From Heterodontus francisci (lineage: Eukaryota): a DNA stretch of 64,000 bases. A program made the position numbers and the translations under genes. Each line of letters opens with the position of its first letter. Positions within the stretch are counted from its first letter, which is position 1. Where the stretch lies: contig NW_027141174.1 of NCBI RefSeq assembly GCF_036365525.1, positions 7,440,001 to 7,504,000 on the forward strand, read 5' to 3'. This document shows positions 63,564 to 64,000 of the stretch, piece by piece. The notes below the pieces were generated by a model. It made no database searches. It was given only the letters and a program-made list of their open reading frames with translations, and was not told the origin of the DNA.

Positions 63564-63904
63564 TACAGGGGAGACGACACCCATACAAGATGGCGTAAAA
63601 ATTCCCTGAAGAGTTTCAAAACATCAGTCTTATACCATTTTACAGATAACTGTTCCTTTCCATTTACCAATCTTTCTATTACACATTCTTATTCTCTTAC
63701 CTCTATCCAATTGTGTCTACTTGTATATAGCTGGGTTACATTATTACATTCTAAGCAGGTATACATTATACTATCCAATCATTAGCAAGGCACATAGATG
63801 TGAAACTTTGACCCTTGCCTGGTTTTTGTCACTCATGACAACTTGTGGTTCATCAGACCTTCTCCTTTGTTCATTGTCCTTGTCTTGTTCTCCCCTTCAG
63901 CATT

Positions 63905-64000
63905 GAATAAGGGTGCAAGTGTAATCATGGGTACATTTAATCTGCATATAAATTTATCAAATTAAATTAGCAATAATACTGTGCAGGAGGATTTCCTGGA
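63905..64000 (+). mobile_element. CR1 endonuclease fragment
   Basis: VIMGTFNLHIN..QEDFL. Confidence 0.6.

Larger units (their letters stand above)
58152..63899 (-). mobile_element. Internally deleted endogenous retrovirus (LTR-PBS-integrase-env-PPT-LTR)
   Basis: Related LTRs at 58152-58573 and 62799-63899; PPT AAAGTGGGAGGAGGGC at 58574-58589; integrase VERM..WTTVLPSILMCLRAT and WHGPYEV (60640-61260); env pieces 58600-60640. No gag or RT seen. Confidence 0.9.

Overview
Eukaryotic DNA, almost certainly from an elasmobranch (shark/ray) genome: it carries HE1/V-type tRNA SINEs, CR1 (HER1-like) LINEs and a shark-type GGGTTAGATACAGAGTAAAGCT repeat. Roughly 85-90% (estimated by eye) is nested, mostly decayed transposons: CR1, L2, RTE and Tx1 LINEs, a Penelope element, two Gmr1-type Ty3/gypsy elements, a deleted endogenous retrovirus, SINEs and MITEs. 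The host content is a minus-strand cluster of GPR139/GPR142-like orphan class A GPCR genes. One gene is intact with two exons (52277-52211 + 47962-47052, 325 aa; the ORF track misses exon 1) and has an 84-bp tandem array in its intron. A second gene is represented only by exon 1 (17041-16753), whose extracellular N-terminus is built from a recently expanded 42-bp coding repeat. Other notable signals are Tx1 insertions that all end at the same satellite motif, a LINE sharing both its 5' block and 3' tail with a tRNA SINE, Penelope-type hammerhead ribozyme motifs, and 147-bp 5' monomers on a near-intact CR1. All calls were made by eye with no searches run; boundaries of decayed repeats are approximate. 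There is a 151-N assembly gap at 35128-35278.
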